Both the position numbers and the translations under genes were made by a program. The notes beneath the pieces were generated by a model, which did no database searches, had not been told where the DNA came from, and saw nothing but the letters and a program-made list of their open reading frames with translations. A stretch of 64,000 nt of DNA. Source: a virus. Shown piece by piece: positions 25,330 to 36,237 of this stretch. The DNA lies in the IMG/VR virus record IMGVR_UViG_3300008952_002488, positions 96,001 to 160,000 of that record. One strand, written 5' to 3'. How positions within the stretch are numbered: the stretch's first letter is position 1; each line of letters starts with the position of its first letter.

Positions 25330-26598
25330 TTGACAGAAAAAAAGAAGATAAAAGTTTTAACAATTAGTGATCACCCACTATTACCCTCGGGTGTTGGAAC
25401 TCAAACAAAATATGTTATTCAAGCCCTTTTAAATACCGGAAAATTTCAGATAATATCTTTAGGTGGGGCGATAAAGCATCCTGATTATAATGTAACTAGA
25501 ACAGAGGAGTGGCTCGATGATTGGCTCATTTACCCAGTCGATGGATATGGAAACCAAGAAATTGTAAGAAGCATGATAGCTCAATATAAGCCAGATATTC
25601 TTTATTTTATGACAGACCCAAGATTTTATGAATGGCTTTGGCAGTTTGAGGACGAAATAAGATTAGCAGTACCAATGGTTTATTATCATGTTTGGGATAA
25701 TGGTCCAAGCCCTAGGTTTAATGCTCCATTTTATAGATCAAATGATTATATTGCAACCATTTCAAAAGTTACAAGCAACATAGTAAAAGAAGTTGCACCA
25801 GATGTTCCAGAGGAATATATCCCACATGCTGTAAATTCAGTGGTATTTCGGAAACACACATTGCCAGAAGAAATGGCAATGTTGAGGCAAATAAGAAAAG
25901 ACAATAATTTGGAAAATAAGTTTGTCTGCTTTTGGAACAACAGAAACGCTAGAAGAAAAATGAGTGGTTCTTTAGTTTGGTGGTGGAAGTCCTTCTGTGA
26001 TGAGGTGGGACACGATAAAGCAACACTGATATTACATACCGACCCAAGCGACCCACATGGACAACCTTTAGAGTTTTTAGCCCACGAACTTGGACTAATG
26101 AAAGGTCAGATACATTTCTCGAAAGAAAAAGTGCAACCTCAACAACTGGCAATTTTCTATAATCTTGTAGATTGCACGATAAATATTTCGGATGCAGAAG
26201 GTTTTGGGCTGTCCACGTTGGAATCTTTGTCTTGTGGAACCCCTGTTGTTGCGACAATGACTGGAGGACTCCAAGAGCAGGTGACCGACGGAGAGAACTT
26301 CTTTGGGGTTGGAATTGAACCTACTTCCCGAGCCGTTATTGGTTCACAGCAAGTCCCATATATCTATGAAGATAGAATAAACGAGGAAGTTTTCGTTGAT
26401 GCTCTTAAAAAGATATATTATGCGACAGAAGAAGAGAGGCAAGAGATGGGGCGAATGGGCATGGAACACGTTAAAAAGAACTATAATTTTGAGACTTTTA
26501 ATAAACAGTGGATCGATTTCATGTTAAGAGTTCATGAAGAGAGCGGATCTTGGGAAACAAGAAAGAATCACGAAGCCTGGGAGTTTATTGAATTATGA
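25330..26598 (+). CDS. GT-B glycosyltransferase (GT4-like)
   Basis: SDHPLLPSGV, NRNARRK, AEGFGLSTLESLSCGTP. Confidence 0.9.
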   Translation: MTEKKKIKVLTISDHPLLPSGVGTQTKYVIQALLNTGKFQIISLGGAIKHPDYNVTRTEEWLDDWLIYPVDGYGNQEIVRSMIAQYKPDILYFMTDPRFYEWLWQFEDEIRLAVPMVYYHVWDNGPSPRFNAPFYRSNDYIATISKVTSNIVKEVAPDVPEEYIPHAVNSVVFRKHTLPEEMAMLRQIRKDNNLENKFVCFWNNRNARRKMSGSLVWWWKSFCDEVGHDKATLILHTDPSDPHGQPLEFLAHELGLMKGQIHFSKEKVQPQQLAIFYNLVDCTINISDAEGFGLSTLESLSCGTPVVATMTGGLQEQVTDGENFFGVGIEPTSRAVIGSQQVPYIYEDRINEEVFVDALKKIYYATEEERQEMGRMGMEHVKKNYNFETFNKQWIDFMLRVHEESGSWETRKNHEAWEFIEL

Positions 26599-27872
26599 TA
26601 AAAGTCTTAATAAAAGGACCAATTTTTAGTAGAAGCGGTTATGGCGAGCATACAAGATATATGTTTAGGGCACTAAATAGTCGTCCGGATCTTTTTGATA
26701 TTTTTGTACATCCGACTAATTGGGGGCAGTCAAGCTGGAATCTTGATTCCTCTGAGGAAACCAAAAATTTCGAAACTTGTGTAAACAAGTTGCAGCAGTT
26801 CCAAGGCAAATTTGATTTGTCGCTTCAGGTATTAATCCCAAATGAGTGGGAGAATTTAGCAGAAAAGAATATTGGAGTCACGGCTGCTATTGAAACAACT
26901 TATGCTTCGGCTCAGTGGATTCACAGCAGTAATTTCATGGATAAGATTTTTGTTACCTCTGAGCACGCCAAAAATACCTTAAAAAACCCGTCTCACACAG
27001 TTAAGACTGAAGATGGAAAAGAGCATATTATAAAACTTACAAAACCAGTTTCTGTGATTTCTTATCCATTTAGAGATATTAAAGCAGATAAATCCAGCCA
27101 CAAGAAAATAAAGCTGGATACAAAGTTTAATTTTTTAACCTGTGCTCAGATTGGACCTCGTAAAAACCTTATGAATACTATTCGTTGGTTTGTTGAGGAA
27201 TTTAAAAATGAAGAAGATGTCGGATTGGTTGTAAAAGCCCACCACATGAATAACAGCGTTTTAGACCGCAATAAAGTGAAGATGTTGCTTAGTCAAGCAG
27301 TTCACGGAGTTCCACACAGAAAATGTAGAGTTTTTCTTCTTCACGGAAATATGACTGAGGAAGAGATGAATTCTCTATATAAGCATCCAAATATTCATGC
27401 GTATGCAACAATAACCCACGGGGAAGGATTCGGTCTTCCTATTTTTGAGGCTGCTTGTAGTGGTTTGCCCGTCATAGCTCCCGCCTGGTCTGGACAAGTT
27501 GACTTCCTTTACGACAACATTAAAAATAAAAAATCAGGTAGACTAAAAAGGACACCAATGTTTACAAAAGTAAAGTATAAATTAGATAAGGTCCCACAAG
27601 AAGCTGTCTGGGAAAATGTTGTAGAAGCAGATTCACAGTGGTGCTATTCAGATGAGGCGGCTTATAAAAAAGCCCTAAGAGGAACCATAGAAGCCTACAA
27701 GAGCAGAAAGATTGTAGCAGGAAAGCTTCAAAAATCCTTAGAGAAGAGACTTGATCAAACGAAAATGTTCGAAAAAGTTGTAGAAGAAGTATTAGATGTA
27801 TACCCTGAAGATGTTGCTGAGTTAGAAGATTTTCTAGATGGTCTAGCATCTGAAATACAAGTGCATGAGTAA
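26595..27872 (+). CDS. GT-B glycosyltransferase (GT4-like)
   Basis: SRSGYG, GPRKN, HGEGFGLPIFEAACSGLP. Confidence 0.9.
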   Translation: MIKVLIKGPIFSRSGYGEHTRYMFRALNSRPDLFDIFVHPTNWGQSSWNLDSSEETKNFETCVNKLQQFQGKFDLSLQVLIPNEWENLAEKNIGVTAAIETTYASAQWIHSSNFMDKIFVTSEHAKNTLKNPSHTVKTEDGKEHIIKLTKPVSVISYPFRDIKADKSSHKKIKLDTKFNFLTCAQIGPRKNLMNTIRWFVEEFKNEEDVGLVVKAHHMNNSVLDRNKVKMLLSQAVHGVPHRKCRVFLLHGNMTEEEMNSLYKHPNIHAYATITHGEGFGLPIFEAACSGLPVIAPAWSGQVDFLYDNIKNKKSGRLKRTPMFTKVKYKLDKVPQEAVWENVVEADSQWCYSDEAAYKKALRGTIEAYKSRKIVAGKLQKSLEKRLDQTKMFEKVVEEVLDVYPEDVAELEDFLDGLASEIQVHE

Positions 27873-28710
27873 GATATTATTCATTGCCGATATATTTGCA
27901 GAAGAGTGGCTCGGCGGTGGAGAACTTAATAACCAAGAACTCATTGGGATATTGAGAGAAAAAGGACATGAGGTTCTGACTGTTAAAAGCGAAAATGTCA
28001 ATTTAGAATTTTTACAACATTGGCAGAATGACGCAAAATTTATCGTCTCCAATTTCATAAAACTGCCGGAAGAAGTAAAGCAACACCTTCAGGAGAAGCA
28101 TGATTATGTGATTTATGAACATGATCACAAATATTTGACAACTAGAGATCCATCTGTTTTCGAAAATTATCTAGCGCCGGATGAAAATATTGTAAATCTT
28201 GATTTCTATAAAAATGCAAGAGCCGTTTTTTGTCAAAGTAGTTTACATGCTGAGGTTGTAGAAAAAAACATAAAAACAGGAAATGTACATTCGCTTGGGG
28301 GAAACCTCTGGAGCCTCGAAATTTTAGATATGTTATCATCTTTATTCCACAAGGAGAAAAAGGAAAGATATTCGATATGGGACTCGCACAATCCTATAAA
28401 AAATACTTCGCTAGCTAAAGCTTATTGTCACAGAAATAAATTAGAATATGATCTTGTTGGAGAACTACCTTATAGGGAATTTTTAAATCGATTGACAGAT
28501 AATAAATACTTCATATTTTTACCTGAAACACTGGAGACCTTGTGCCGTGTCGTTGTTGAGTGCAGAATGGCCGGCATGACTGTTTTAACAAGTAAGAAGC
28601 TTGGTGCCACAAGTGAAGAGTGGTTCAAATTAAAAGGAGAAGAGCTTATAAGCTTGATGAAGCAGAAAAGAGAAACAATACCAGATTTGGTTTTGGAGAA
28701 ATTATTATGA
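27865..28710 (+). CDS. GT-B glycosyltransferase-like protein
   Basis: GGGE N-terminal loop; ETLCRVVVECRMAG (E-x7-E) motif. Confidence 0.75.
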   Translation: MSKILFIADIFAEEWLGGGELNNQELIGILREKGHEVLTVKSENVNLEFLQHWQNDAKFIVSNFIKLPEEVKQHLQEKHDYVIYEHDHKYLTTRDPSVFENYLAPDENIVNLDFYKNARAVFCQSSLHAEVVEKNIKTGNVHSLGGNLWSLEILDMLSSLFHKEKKERYSIWDSHNPIKNTSLAKAYCHRNKLEYDLVGELPYREFLNRLTDNKYFIFLPETLETLCRVVVECRMAGMTVLTSKKLGATSEEWFKLKGEELISLMKQKRETIPDLVLEKLL

Positions 28711-29441
28711 ATCCAAAAGTTACAATTATAATACCTTGTTATAATTCGGAAAAGTATATCGAAAAGTGTTTGAGGTCTGCCTTATCTCAAACTTATGATA
28801 ATTTTGAGGTTATTTTTGTAGATAATGACAGCGGTGATGACAGCTTGGAAATCGCCGAAAAAATACAAGAAGAGTTCCCAGAACTCCTAATTGATACTGC
28901 CCCAAATTTATACCCATTTTCCTGGGAAGAACCAGTTGAGGCAGCTTTGTCTCTGGCTACTGGTGAATATTTTACAATTCTAGGATCAGACGACTATATT
29001 TCGGAAGATTATGTATCAAATTTCATGAAAAAGATTTTAGAATCCGAAGAAACCATTTTGGTTTTACAAAGCGGAATTAAAGGCATAGACGATAAGTCAA
29101 ATTTGATCGACCAAGATGTTTCTCACATTTATTCAAGTATAGAGGAATTTAAAGAACTCCTGCTGCAAAGATGTCCAGTAACAACTCCGTCCGTAGTTTA
29201 TAAAACAGAGCTTCACGGAAAAGGAATTGTAAGATGGCTGGCTAGCGAATATCTTGGGGCTGCCGATTATGATCTTTATTTTAATTTGGCTGATAATGAC
29301 GTTTATATCCATCCTGTCGGGGAGTGGCTTGGGTATTATTATCGCTGGCACCAAGACCAGGCAACATGGGGGATGCAAAAACAACCTCTAAATTACGACT
29401 TTATGCTCCAGAATCAATGGAGAGAAAAGTGGGGAATGTGA
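28707..29441 (+). CDS. GT2 family glycosyltransferase
   Basis: IIIPCYN, VDNDSGDDS, LGSDD, DYDL; start re-called to ATG 28707. Confidence 0.9.
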   Translation: MNPKVTIIIPCYNSEKYIEKCLRSALSQTYDNFEVIFVDNDSGDDSLEIAEKIQEEFPELLIDTAPNLYPFSWEEPVEAALSLATGEYFTILGSDDYISEDYVSNFMKKILESEETILVLQSGIKGIDDKSNLIDQDVSHIYSSIEEFKELLLQRCPVTTPSVVYKTELHGKGIVRWLASEYLGAADYDLYFNLADNDVYIHPVGEWLGYYYRWHQDQATWGMQKQPLNYDFMLQNQWREKWGM

Positions 29442-31237
29442 AAGTAAGAGTTGTTGACTATATTGCTAACAAAATTGATGAACTTGGTGTAAGGGATGTT
29501 TTTACTCTTACCGGCGGCGGTGCAATGTTCCTCAATGATTGTATTGCAAAACACCCAAATCTAAGAGCTATTTGTAATCACCACGAACAGGCTTGCGCCA
29601 TGGGTGCGGTAGGCTATGGAAAATACACTAACAATTTTGGTGTATCAATAGTGACCACTGGTTGTGGCAGCACTAACGCTCTGACTGGATTATTGGAAGC
29701 GTGGCAAGATAATGTCAAATGCTTGTTTATATCGGGACAAGTAAATAAATCACAAACTACTCATAATATAAACGTACCACTAAGACAACTAGGTGTCCAA
29801 GAGGCTAATATCGTTGATGTAGTAAGACCGATATGTAAATATGCAATTATGATAACAGACCCAAACAGGGTAAAGTTTGAGGTAGAAAAAGCAATTCATA
29901 TCGCCAGTGAAGGACGCCCCGGACCAGTTTGGCTAGATATCCCATTGGATGTACAGGGGGCTTTTATTGACGTTGATGATTGTCTTTCTTATCCCATTAG
30001 GAGAAATAACCACATAAAGAAAAAAATAACCCCAAGCGAGTGCGAATCCTTATCTGAGATGTTTGATAAAGCCGAACGCCCAGTGGTTTTAGTTGGGAAC
30101 GGTGTTCGCCTAGCTGATGCCACGGAACAACTCAAAACATTTGTTGAAAAATATAATATACCCACGGTAGCTACTTTTCTTGGCGTTGATCTACTAGAGA
30201 GTGATCACCCCTTGATGATCGGGAGGGTTGGAATCAAAGGGAATCGTGCAGCAAATTTCGCAATGCAAAACTCGGATCTTTTGATAACTATCGGTACTCG
30301 CTTAGGTGTTCCTGTGACTGGGTATAATTATGAGACCTTCGCTAGAGAGGCAAAGATCGTAGTTGTAGATATTGACAGAGAAGAACACCGGAAAAACACA
30401 ATCAAAATAGATAAACTGATTGGCTCCGATGCTAAGAACTTTTTAGAAATTATAAAGTTTAATAAAAAGGTTACCAAAGAATGGTCAGACACATGTTTGA
30501 GGTGGAAGAAAAACTGGAGAGTATGTAATCCGGAATGGAGCAAAGACAAAGAAGGAATAGATCTATATTATTTTATGGATCATCTCTCAAGGCAGAATAA
30601 AGATGACTCGGTTGTTGTATCTGATGCAGGATCCGCATACTATGTTCCTTCTCAATTTCTGGATATTAAAAAAGAACAAAGATATGTAACGTCTGGAGCA
30701 CAAGCAGACATGGGGTTTACGATCCCCGCCGCCATTGGGGTTAGTGTTGCAAGGGGAGATAAAGAGGTTATAGGAATTACAGGCGATGGATCTTTCCAAA
30801 CAAACATCCAAGAACTTCAGACAATAAAACATTATAACCTACCGATAAAACTTTTCGTGTGGAACAATCACGGATATTTGTCTATCAGAACAACACAGAG
30901 AAAGTTTTTTGATGGCAGATTTATAGGTGTTGACGGCGATTCTGGAGTGTCACTTCCAAACATAGAAAAAATTACCGACGCCTACGGGCTGAAGTATTTT
31001 AAGATTGAAACTGTTGAGGGGTTGGAAGATGGCATACAAAAGGTTCTGAATTATGATGGTCCAGTTGTGTGTGAGGTGATGTGTCAAAAATGGCAAGAAG
31101 TTGTTCCAACGCTTATATCGACAAAGACAAAAGACGGAAGAATCGTGTCTAGACCATTCGAAGATATGTATCCGCTCTTAACTAGAGAAGAATTTTACGA
31201 TAACATGATTATCGAGCCTATAAACTATGAGGAATAA
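29438..31237 (+). CDS. ThDP-dependent acetolactate-synthase-like enzyme (YerE-like sugar-branching enzyme)
   Basis: GGGAMFLND, HHEQAC, GRPGPVWLDIP, GDGSFQ...NN ThDP motif; located in the sugar island; GTG start 29438. Confidence 0.85.
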   Translation: MKVRVVDYIANKIDELGVRDVFTLTGGGAMFLNDCIAKHPNLRAICNHHEQACAMGAVGYGKYTNNFGVSIVTTGCGSTNALTGLLEAWQDNVKCLFISGQVNKSQTTHNINVPLRQLGVQEANIVDVVRPICKYAIMITDPNRVKFEVEKAIHIASEGRPGPVWLDIPLDVQGAFIDVDDCLSYPIRRNNHIKKKITPSECESLSEMFDKAERPVVLVGNGVRLADATEQLKTFVEKYNIPTVATFLGVDLLESDHPLMIGRVGIKGNRAANFAMQNSDLLITIGTRLGVPVTGYNYETFAREAKIVVVDIDREEHRKNTIKIDKLIGSDAKNFLEIIKFNKKVTKEWSDTCLRWKKNWRVCNPEWSKDKEGIDLYYFMDHLSRQNKDDSVVVSDAGSAYYVPSQFLDIKKEQRYVTSGAQADMGFTIPAAIGVSVARGDKEVIGITGDGSFQTNIQELQTIKHYNLPIKLFVWNNHGYLSIRTTQRKFFDGRFIGVDGDSGVSLPNIEKITDAYGLKYFKIETVEGLEDGIQKVLNYDGPVVCEVMCQKWQEVVPTLISTKTKDGRIVSRPFEDMYPLLTREEFYDNMIIEPINYEE

Positions 31238-31240
31238 AAA

Positions 31241-32179
31241 ATGGCAACCGACCCAAAAAAGACAACTATTTTAACACTAAGGAGGCACAAGAGACAAGAA
31301 AAGAAATCTGTATTTGTGACCGCCTATGATTATCCACAGGCACTACTCGCTGACAAGGCGGGAGTTGATGGGATACTTGTTGGCGATTCTTTAGGGATGA
31401 CCACCTTGGGTCATAAAACAACTATACCAGTTACAATGGACGCTATGATTCTGCACGCCGAAGCAGTTGCCCGTGGAGCCAAGAGTGCTTTTCTGGTGGG
31501 AGACATGCCTTACATGTCTTATCAAGCTTCAAACAGCGAAGCAGTACATAATGCTGGTCGGTTTATTCGGGCTGGCATGGATTCTGTCAAAGTCGAGGGA
31601 GCGATGGTGGATCGTATCAAAGCAATTGCTGATGCCGGAATTCTCGTTCAGAGTCACTTAGGTCTCACCCCTCACACAAGAGCAAAGTTAGGTGGCTATA
31701 GAGTTCAGGGAAAAACTGCGGAGAGCACAGAAATTATTCTTAATCAAGCACTCGAACTACAAGAGGCCGGATGTGCCTTCCTTCTGTTAGAGGCGATGCC
31801 AAGAGAATCAGCACAAGCAGTAGCGAAAGAGTTGAGCATCCCGGTGTATGGTATTGGCGCTGGGGATTTGGTGGATGGTCAGCTTGTTATTATGCACGAC
31901 TTGGTTGGGTTATTTTGGGAGTTTAAGTCCAAGTTTGTTAAGAGATACTGCGAGGCTGGAGCCATTATTCAAACGGCTTTGGAACAATATGCCGAAGAAG
32001 TTCGCAATGGAGTGTTTCCCTCAGAAGAAAACTTCTATGAAATTAAAGATGAGGAGCTTGAGAAACTTCTTTCTAATGCAAAATGGAAGTATGAAACCGA
32101 TCAAGGATTTCCAACTAACCATAGTCCAACTCCAAACACAGTAACCCCTAAAGAAGATATTTTCAATAATAAAAAATGA
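31241..32179 (+). CDS. panB: ketopantoate hydroxymethyltransferase-like protein
   Basis: TAYD, ILVGDSLG, GDMPYMSY, VKVEG, HLGLTP, GIGAG..DGQ. Confidence 0.92.
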   Translation: MATDPKKTTILTLRRHKRQEKKSVFVTAYDYPQALLADKAGVDGILVGDSLGMTTLGHKTTIPVTMDAMILHAEAVARGAKSAFLVGDMPYMSYQASNSEAVHNAGRFIRAGMDSVKVEGAMVDRIKAIADAGILVQSHLGLTPHTRAKLGGYRVQGKTAESTEIILNQALELQEAGCAFLLLEAMPRESAQAVAKELSIPVYGIGAGDLVDGQLVIMHDLVGLFWEFKSKFVKRYCEAGAIIQTALEQYAEEVRNGVFPSEENFYEIKDEELEKLLSNAKWKYETDQGFPTNHSPTPNTVTPKEDIFNNKK

Positions 32180-33006
32180 AGGTCCTAATAACTGGGCGAA
32201 ACGGTTTTTTAGCAAAAGAGTTATACGAGAAATTTGACGATCTTGATATAACTTGTGCCGGAAGAAAAGAAGTAAACTTAACGGACAGTCAGTCTGTAAG
32301 AATATTCTTGCAACAAAACAGGTTTGATGCCGTCGTACACACTGCCATAATCGGAGGCAGAAGAAACGAAACAGATACTCTCCAAACCTTTGTTGACAAC
32401 ATTTCGATGTTTAATAATTTGGTAGCAAACAGGCATTCTTTTGGAAAACTAATCAACTTCTGTTCTGGGGCAGCTTTCGGAAAAAATGCTGATATATACA
32501 AATACCAAGAAAACAGAATTTACTCATTTACACCCTCTGATTATTATGGGATGTCGAAAAACATAATCGCCCGTGAGTGCGATAAATTGTTTGATGTTTA
32601 TAATCTTAGGTTGTTCGGGTGCTTTGGGTTTCATGAAGCAAAAACTAGGTTTATAAAATCTTCCATTTTAAGGGCTTTAAAAGGAGAGCCAATATTAATT
32701 CATAAAAATAAGATGATGGATTTTGTTTCATCAGATGACGTGGCAACTGTTGTTCGTCACTATTTGGAAAATGATCCAGGGAAAGATTATGAAAATATCA
32801 ACATATGCTACAAAGAAAAACATACATTAAGGAATATAGCAGCAGAGATTGTAACTTTAACAAATTCTAGTTCTGATATAATATTAGAAGAAGATGGGTT
32901 TGCAAACACCTATACTGGGTGTAGTGATAAATTGGAAACTCTTGGTCTTGACCTACAGGGTCTTGTTGTAGGGTTGAGAAATTTGACGGAAAGATTAAGT
33001 GAATAA
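32176..33006 (+). CDS. NAD-dependent epimerase/reductase (extended SDR)
   Basis: ITGRNGFL, YGMSK. Confidence 0.85.
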   Translation: MKVLITGRNGFLAKELYEKFDDLDITCAGRKEVNLTDSQSVRIFLQQNRFDAVVHTAIIGGRRNETDTLQTFVDNISMFNNLVANRHSFGKLINFCSGAAFGKNADIYKYQENRIYSFTPSDYYGMSKNIIARECDKLFDVYNLRLFGCFGFHEAKTRFIKSSILRALKGEPILIHKNKMMDFVSSDDVATVVRHYLENDPGKDYENINICYKEKHTLRNIAAEIVTLTNSSSDIILEEDGFANTYTGCSDKLETLGLDLQGLVVGLRNLTERLSE

Positions 33007-34342
33007 GCTAGAAGAGATACTTTCACTTGTAAGAGAGTACGCAGAAGAAAATCTCCTCAAAAAATCATGGGAGGAGGGTGATTGGATTAATTATTCTGGT
33101 CCTAATTTTTCTTCGGATGAGTATGCGGCCGCCGTAGAAACACTACTGGACGGATGGCTTGTTATAGGAAAAAGATCTAGGGAATTTGAGAATAGATTTC
33201 CATCGCACCTGGGCAAGAGGTACGGAATTCTGACAAATTCTGGCAGTTCTGCTAATCTTGTAATGGTACATGCCTTTACAAGCAAGCAAAAGTTTATGAA
33301 GAAATATCACCTCCCAAAGGGGAGTAAAATCATCACGCCTGTAGTTTGTTTCCCTACTACGATTAATCCTATTATTCAGGCAGGATTCGAGCCAGTATTT
33401 GTTGATGTTGACTTACCATCTCTTAATCTAAATTTAGACGAAGTAGAAAGATTATTAGAAACAGACAAAGACATAAAAGGACTAATGTTCGCTCACGTTT
33501 TAGGAAACCCACCAGATATGGACAGGGTTATGAGTTTGGTTGAGAAATATGATCTAATATTTCTAGAAGATTCGTGCGATGCCTTGGGGTCTTTTTATGA
33601 CGGAAAACCTTTGGGGTCTTTTGGCCATGCCTCTTCGTGTTCGTTTTATCCAGCGCACCATATGACAATGGGGGAAGGAGGTTTTGTAGCAACAGATGAC
33701 CCAAGAATCCGAAGGGTTCTGGCAAGCTTTAGAGATTGGGGTCGTGCTTGTTACTGCAACGAGAAAAAGCCAGGAGATGTTACAGACGGCACAGCCTGTG
33801 GAAACAGATTTAGAGAGTGGTTAAGAGATGGCAATCAGAGTTTTGTTTATGATCATCGATATGTGTTTGATGAGGTAGGCTTTAATCTAAAACCATTAGA
33901 GCTTCAGTCAGCAATAGGACTTGAACAAATAGAAAAACTTCCATCAATGGATTCTGCTCGGCGCAAGAACTTTCTTCGCCTCAAGGAAATATTTTCAAAA
34001 TATAACGAATATTTTATGCTTCCAACTGCAACTCCAAAATCAGATCCCTGTTGGTTTGGGTTTATGACGACAGTAAAACAAAACAACAAGTTCACAAAAC
34101 AGGATTTGGTTGAGTATCTGGAAGAACACAAGATCCAGACAAGATCATATTTCACAGGTAACTGCTTATACCACCCAGCATATAAGGAATATGCTTCTAA
34201 ATATGAAAACCTTATAGAAAGATTTCCAAACGCTCACGTTGCTACCGTTGATACTTTTTTTATGGGAACCTTCATTGGGATAACCGACCAAAAGTTGGAT
34301 TATATTGAAAAAGTTGTTGACAACTTCTTCGAGAGGGTGTAA
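32999..34342 (+). CDS. rfbH: RfbH/DdhC/AscC-type NDP-4-keto-6-deoxyglucose 3-dehydrase (PMP, 2Fe-2S)
   Basis: NSGSSANL; SFYPAHHMTMGEGG with His in place of Lys; RDWGRACYC...C; YDHRY. Confidence 0.88.
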   Translation: MNKLEEILSLVREYAEENLLKKSWEEGDWINYSGPNFSSDEYAAAVETLLDGWLVIGKRSREFENRFPSHLGKRYGILTNSGSSANLVMVHAFTSKQKFMKKYHLPKGSKIITPVVCFPTTINPIIQAGFEPVFVDVDLPSLNLNLDEVERLLETDKDIKGLMFAHVLGNPPDMDRVMSLVEKYDLIFLEDSCDALGSFYDGKPLGSFGHASSCSFYPAHHMTMGEGGFVATDDPRIRRVLASFRDWGRACYCNEKKPGDVTDGTACGNRFREWLRDGNQSFVYDHRYVFDEVGFNLKPLELQSAIGLEQIEKLPSMDSARRKNFLRLKEIFSKYNEYFMLPTATPKSDPCWFGFMTTVKQNNKFTKQDLVEYLEEHKIQTRSYFTGNCLYHPAYKEYASKYENLIERFPNAHVATVDTFFMGTFIGITDQKLDYIEKVVDNFFERV

Positions 34343-34343
34343 T

Positions 34344-35294
34344 ATGAAAATAGTATATATTACTGGTTGTCTTGGTTTTATTCCATCGTATTTTACGAAA
34401 AAGTGCCTAGAAAGAGGATGGATGGTTTATGGTGTAGATAAAGTTACTTACGCCGCAAATACAAAAATTCTAAAAGAGTTCCAGACTTATGAAAACTTTA
34501 GGTTTAAACAGGAAGATATTAAAGATCTGGATGTTTTATACGATTGCGATTATGTTGTCAACTTTGCAGCAGAATCACATGTTGGTAACAGTATTATAAA
34601 CAGCGATGAATTTATAAACACTAACATCGTGGGTACAAAAAACCTTTTAGACTTAGTTAGGTTTAAACCAATAAACTGTGGAGAGAGACCAATCTTTTTA
34701 CATGTAAGTACTGACGAGGTTTACGGAGATATAGAAGAAGGGTCTCACAAAGAGACAGACTTGTTACACCCAAGCAATCCATATTCGGCAGCCAAAGCAG
34801 CAGCAGATATGCTGGTCTTTGCCTGGGCAAGAACTTATGGTATTAAATATTTGATAGCCAGACCAACAAACAATTACGGTATGAGACAATATCCAGAAAA
34901 GCTTATACCTCTCAGTGTGAAGAATCTGTTGCGTGACAGGAAGATTTGGCTCCACAACAACGGAACACCTGTAAGGAACTGGCTTCACGCAGATGACACG
35001 GCTGAAGCAATCATGACTCTTATTGATTCTGGGGTAACAAATGATATTTTCAACATTGCCGGCGATTTTGAGCAAACAAACGCAGAAACTGTCCGAAAGA
35101 TTATCAAGTCATTCTATGGAACAGATGACGACTGGGAAAAGTATGTTGATTATTCATATGAGAGAGAAGGTCAGGATATGAGATATTGTTTAGATGACAA
35201 CAAAATAAGATCTCTTGGTTGGACACCTAAGAAGATATTTGATGAAGAAATAGACGAAATAGTTTCTTTTTATAAGAAAAATTTTATATGGTAA
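34344..35294 (+). CDS. rmlB: dTDP-glucose 4,6-dehydratase
   Basis: DKVTYAAN, FAAESHV, STDEVYG, PYSAAK, QYPEKLIP; start re-called to ATG 34344. Confidence 0.88.
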   Translation: MKIVYITGCLGFIPSYFTKKCLERGWMVYGVDKVTYAANTKILKEFQTYENFRFKQEDIKDLDVLYDCDYVVNFAAESHVGNSIINSDEFINTNIVGTKNLLDLVRFKPINCGERPIFLHVSTDEVYGDIEEGSHKETDLLHPSNPYSAAKAAADMLVFAWARTYGIKYLIARPTNNYGMRQYPEKLIPLSVKNLLRDRKIWLHNNGTPVRNWLHADDTAEAIMTLIDSGVTNDIFNIAGDFEQTNAETVRKIIKSFYGTDDDWEKYVDYSYEREGQDMRYCLDDNKIRSLGWTPKKIFDEEIDEIVSFYKKNFIW

Positions 35295-35298
35295 GAAA

Positions 35299-36237
35299 AT
35301 GAGATTAGATTACAAAGATATTATTAATAAACACAAAGGAAAGCCGTGTGTGGTTGCTCTCCATGGACCCAGTTTATCACCACACATAGATGAAATTCAA
35401 AACCTCCAAAAACAGGATAAAATAATAAGAATTTCTGTAAATGAGTGGTTTGATTTCTTTAAAGAAAAGCCAGATTATTGGGTAATTTCCAATGCCGAGC
35501 TTAATATTAGGGACTCAGTATTAAACGAGAACATTTGGAAAATGAGAGGATACCCACCAGATGTTTTTAATACTCAGGGGGTACCTCTATTATATAACAG
35601 AACAGCCGATTTGACAGATCCAGATTTTGTAGATAAGAACTTAAAGTGTGATTATCTTCCGTTCGATAATAGACACTTTAAAGGACATAAGTGTCTGGAC
35701 ATTTTGAAAAACTTTAAAAAATATCACGATGAAAACAGGAATCTAGATTTTAGAATGTACGGGAATAATGCCCAAATGTGGCAACTCCCAGATACAAGAA
35801 GTGTAAACCCACACTGTGCTCAGGTACATGGGGTCGTTGCGGGCGGCTGGTCACGCTTTGGAAAGTGTTGTCATTTGATGCAGGAAACAACTATACAAGA
35901 AAAATTACAAGAGATAACTGGACACCCCCAACATATGGGCGTTGGACAGACGGTAGGATTGTTTTGTGTTATGTTTGCTGTTATGATGGGGTGTAATCCA
36001 ATATATGTTACCGGACTTGATTTAGACTATACGCTTGGGTATGCTGAAGGTGCCGACAAGCCCTATTATGTTCCTAACCCAGGTAACGTTGGACACTGGC
36101 GTCACGTCTTCCAAGAATTTCTAACAGATGATATGAGGATTTTGCGTGAGAGTGCAGATTTAAATGGTATAGAAATTATTAACCTTAATAAAAACGCATG
36201 GTATGATGTGTTTAAGAAAGGAGACTTAGGTCTATGA
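35299..36237 (+). CDS. Maf/CstII-like nonulosonate glycosyltransferase
   Basis: KPCVVALHGPSL and MMGCNPIYVTGLD motifs; directly upstream of neuB and neuA. Confidence 0.65.
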   Translation: MRLDYKDIINKHKGKPCVVALHGPSLSPHIDEIQNLQKQDKIIRISVNEWFDFFKEKPDYWVISNAELNIRDSVLNENIWKMRGYPPDVFNTQGVPLLYNRTADLTDPDFVDKNLKCDYLPFDNRHFKGHKCLDILKNFKKYHDENRNLDFRMYGNNAQMWQLPDTRSVNPHCAQVHGVVAGGWSRFGKCCHLMQETTIQEKLQEITGHPQHMGVGQTVGLFCVMFAVMMGCNPIYVTGLDLDYTLGYAEGADKPYYVPNPGNVGHWRHVFQEFLTDDMRILRESADLNGIEIINLNKNAWYDVFKKGDLGL

